DNA of 64,000 bases from NCBI RefSeq assembly GCF_009914755.1, contig NC_060936.1; one strand, given 5' to 3'. Position numbers and translations under genes: made by a program. This DNA is from the human T2T-CHM13v2.0 reference genome, Homo sapiens. This document shows, piece by piece, positions 56,677 through 64,000 of the stretch (positions within the stretch are counted from its first letter, which is position 1; each line of letters begins with the position of its first letter). The notes below the pieces were generated by a model. That model was not told the DNA's origin. It searched no databases and saw nothing but the letters and a program-made list of their open reading frames with translations.

Positions 56677-57199
56677 TAGTCCATTTTTTCATCGTGTTAT
56701 TATGACCTGGCATTTCTTACTTTTTATGTGCCTGTTTGTTGGTCTCCCCCAGTAGCAGCATTATCCATGAAAGCAGAGATTGCTCTGATTTATGCACTGG
56801 GTGTCCCTGGCACCCAACCCTGTGCCCAACCAGACCCTCTGAGGCAAGACCTTTGGTTTGAATTGTTTTCTGACCCTTTATTGACCAAACCTTGAGGAAT
56901 TGAGTCGATGGGTAACCATAGCTGCAATGCAAGAGAGATTTTGGGTGAGGGTTGGGGGTTGGGAGAGAAAGGAGAAGGAAACTTTCCCTGCTTGGCATGA
57001 GATGGGCAGGGTGAGGACAACAGTTTCAAGAGGTGAAAATGTGCACAGGAACTGAGAATTCAGCTTTGTTCAGGGTGAGGGGTAATAGGGAGAAAGCTGT
57101 TGCTCTCTTGCCCCAATCCTTCTGTCCCTTCTGGGCATGGTTCAGAGGCACTGGGGAGGACCTGTAGAAATGTATCATATAGCTATGCGGACACATTAA

Positions 57200-58910
<1,711 letters not shown>

Positions 58911-58912
58911 AA

Positions 58913-59724
<812 letters not shown>

Positions 59725-60641
59725 GATGATGGTAACTTTGATGGCTTGGTTAAGGGGGTGCCTGCCAGGTTCCTCTTTTGTAAAATTTTTCTTTTTGTCA
59801 TTAACAAGTAATCTATGGGTTTTTAAAAATGTTGTTAGTATGTAGAAAGGCTCAGAGTTGGTACATTTTAGTTAATTTTTTTTTTTTTGGCATACGTAGG
59901 TCCTGGGGCAACCTTCTTCTCATCTGCTGACATACAGGGAAACTGAGGCCCAGAAAGGAGGAAGCACTTGCCCAAGATCACATTGTAGAGACCAAGGCCA
60001 GGTTCGAGTTTGGCTCCCTTTGCTCCTCCCTGCGTGTGACCACCCCTAGGGGGCAGGAAGTGGACCCAGTGGAGGAGGGTGCTAGAGATGGTTGCCCTGG
60101 GGTGTCACCATCTGCTATGTTGAGTGTCACCAATGTAGCCCAGCATTTCACAACCCACCCCAAAAGCCCCTCTGAAGGGCAGCCTCCTATTCCCAGGCAA
60201 CTGCAGAGGAGCCTCAAGGGAGAATCCAAGTGGCCAGGATGATTGGAAACAGGAGACCAGGTGTGCACTAGCTTCAGCCACATCTGCATGGAGACCAGGC
60301 AGTTCACCTGTGGCAGGTGGCAGCTGAGCCTTGGCCCTGGTGGGCCCTGCTGGGGGCCCAACATTAGAGATGTGGGGGCCCCTCCTTCTCTTGGCAGTGA
60401 AACAGAAATATTCACCTGGAAGGAGCAGAAACAACAAATCATTCACCAAACAGACTACGGCTGGGAAAAAGCTAAATTCACTCTGAGAAGACAAGCCAAC
60501 GAGGGTCTTATCCCAGGCTCTGGAGGCTGCAAATTCCAGTGCCGCTTTAATTGGGGCTGGCTATGATGCTCAGTGGGGACCCAGGCAGTGTGCTGGGGAT
60601 GGGATGGAATTAAAATCAGAATCATTGTCTTTCCTTTTTAA

Positions 60642-61163
<522 letters not shown>

Positions 61164-61279
61164 TGAGCACCTGCTCCGTGCCAGACCCTGTTCCAGGAAC
61201 TGAGAATATAGCAGTGGTCAGGACAGACATGTTCCTTGTCCTTAGGAGGCTTATAGTCTAGTCAGAAAGACTGACATTA

Positions 61280-61586
<307 letters not shown>

Positions 61587-62997
61587 GGCATACTCCTATA
61601 ATTCATCATTATCATCATTGTTGCCATCACAATGACTGATATACTCATTATGGGACAAGTTCTTCACCTTCATAGGCACCATCTTGGAGGAGAAGGGGCT
61701 ATGCTTCTCCAAGGTCGTGTCCAAGTCTAGTTTCTGCTTTGAAATGAGTGGAAAGTCCTCCTCTTCAACCACGGGCTGTGCCTGCCTGCTACCCCTCTTG
61801 GCTTTTTTCTTGAAGTAAGCAGCGTCACCATCTCTCCAGTTGTCCTCTTCCATTCTACTGCTGAGGGGAGCCCTGGAAAGTCACAGCCATGAAGTAACTC
61901 ATCCTTGATGATGACATGGAGCCCTGGAGAGAGCAGAAACATAGGAGGTAGAGAGACCCGAGTCCAAATCCCATCTCTGACACTTCATGCTGTGTGACCC
62001 TGGGTAAGTCAGTCACCCTCTCTGAACCTCATTCCTCATTTGCAAAGCAGGACCAGTAATGCCTTCTTCCAGGGTCGTGGTGAGGATTAGAGAGAATATA
62101 TTTATGCTGCTTAGCACAATGCCAACGGCAGTAATAACAAAATTGTATTTTGTTGTGCCAGGTACTGGTTAAAACAGACTAGCTCATTTCAACCTCACAG
62201 CAACCCAGTAATGTAGGTAGAATTATGACAGATGAAGAAATTCAAGCACAGAGAGGTGAAGTGACTTACCTGGGCTCACTCAGCCAGGAAGCAGTGAACA
62301 GAGATTCAGAATCTGCATTGTATCCACTATGCCATGCATTAAATAGCTGGAGTCTATGCCTCTTCTGGCGTTACATTTTTGCCTCCTAGTATTCTTTGTA
62401 ATTGCCAGTCCACACTTCTCATCTCCTTTCCTCTTTTTCTTATTAGGCGAGAGGCATCTTAACTCAGCTATCTTTGTGAGGGTATTAGAAAAACTGCCTA
62501 CAATTCTATATAGCTACCAGCAGGGGACGCCAAAGGATCGTGGATAAGCCCGTGCGGAGCCTTAGAAGCAAGGCGAAAAATCCTTAGGAGGCTGAATTAG
62601 GAGAGCTGGGACTTTGACAACAGCGAGAGACATGTGCCCAAGCTGGCCTGGTACACAATGGATGGAGCTTATTCCTGATTTTGCCCCTGTGGGGAGACAG
62701 AATTCGGCCTTTTTACTGGAAGAACCCTGCTCAACAGAGCGCCCAGCTGTAGTTGGTCAATAAATATTTCTGCATAAATAAATATATAGATTTGAACCAG
62801 GAGGAAGTTAAGGCAGAGGCGCCTCAATACAGACAGCAAGAAGGAGCTGTCTGGCTGGGCAGGGAAACTGAGCTCATGAGGGTCCCATGCAAGGAAGAGG
62901 CCACTGAGGTTTTGCAGCTACTTCTATGAAGGTGGGGCCAGGATAAGGAAATGCCAAGAGGTCATAGGGCACCAGGAACCTGCAACAGTGGGAGTCA

Positions 62998-63765
<768 letters not shown>

Positions 63766-64000
63766 CCAGATGCAGGGAGAGGGAGTGAGGTTACTGGGCT
63801 ACTTAGAGAGGACCTGCAGAAAGAGAGACGCAGCCACCAGCAGAGCCCTGGCTGGGCCTGGGGGGACTCTAACTGCCTCTTCTTACCCCTCCTGCTGCAA
63901 TCACCTGTTGGCGCCTCCCATGGGCTGACCCCAGCCAGAAGGTGAAGGACAGGTAAGGGAGCCATGGGTGATGCAGTCCATCGGGCCAGCCTCCAGGGCA

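Overview
Primate (human-like) genomic DNA holding the promoter and first 20 coding exons of RBM19, a nucleolar six-RRM ribosome-biogenesis factor (Mrd1/RBD-1 family), on the minus strand. I assembled the exons by hand. All 19 complete introns are GT-AG, and the frame is continuous from ATG 48088 to position 239 (2441 nt, 813 codons + 2 nt, RRM1-RRM5). The last exons lie beyond the left edge. A CpG-island housekeeping promoter (YY1, E-box, ETS, NRF1 motifs) sits at about 47.9-48.45 kb. The rest is intron or upstream intergenic DNA dense in Alu, MaLR LTR, L1 and DNA-transposon remnants, which explain most ORF-track hits. There is no prokaryote-type system, CRISPR array or recognisable RNA gene. 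The best leads are at the RNA-processing level. (1) Intron 16 holds a complete hidden last exon (branch point, pyrimidine tract, AG, in-frame stop, AATAAA) enclosed by complementary (CA)26 and (UG)20 arms. (2) Intron 8 holds a 59-nt poison-exon candidate followed by a UG tract. Both resemble TDP-43-repressed cryptic exons. (3) A sense-oriented THE1 LTR about 2.6 kb upstream has a TATA-like box and a CAG|GTAAGA donor, and exon 2 begins exactly with an in-frame ATG. (4) A strong-context uORF overlaps the YY1 site. (5) There are three local diverged duplications. All are hypotheses from sequence reading only; repeat family names and boundaries are approximate.
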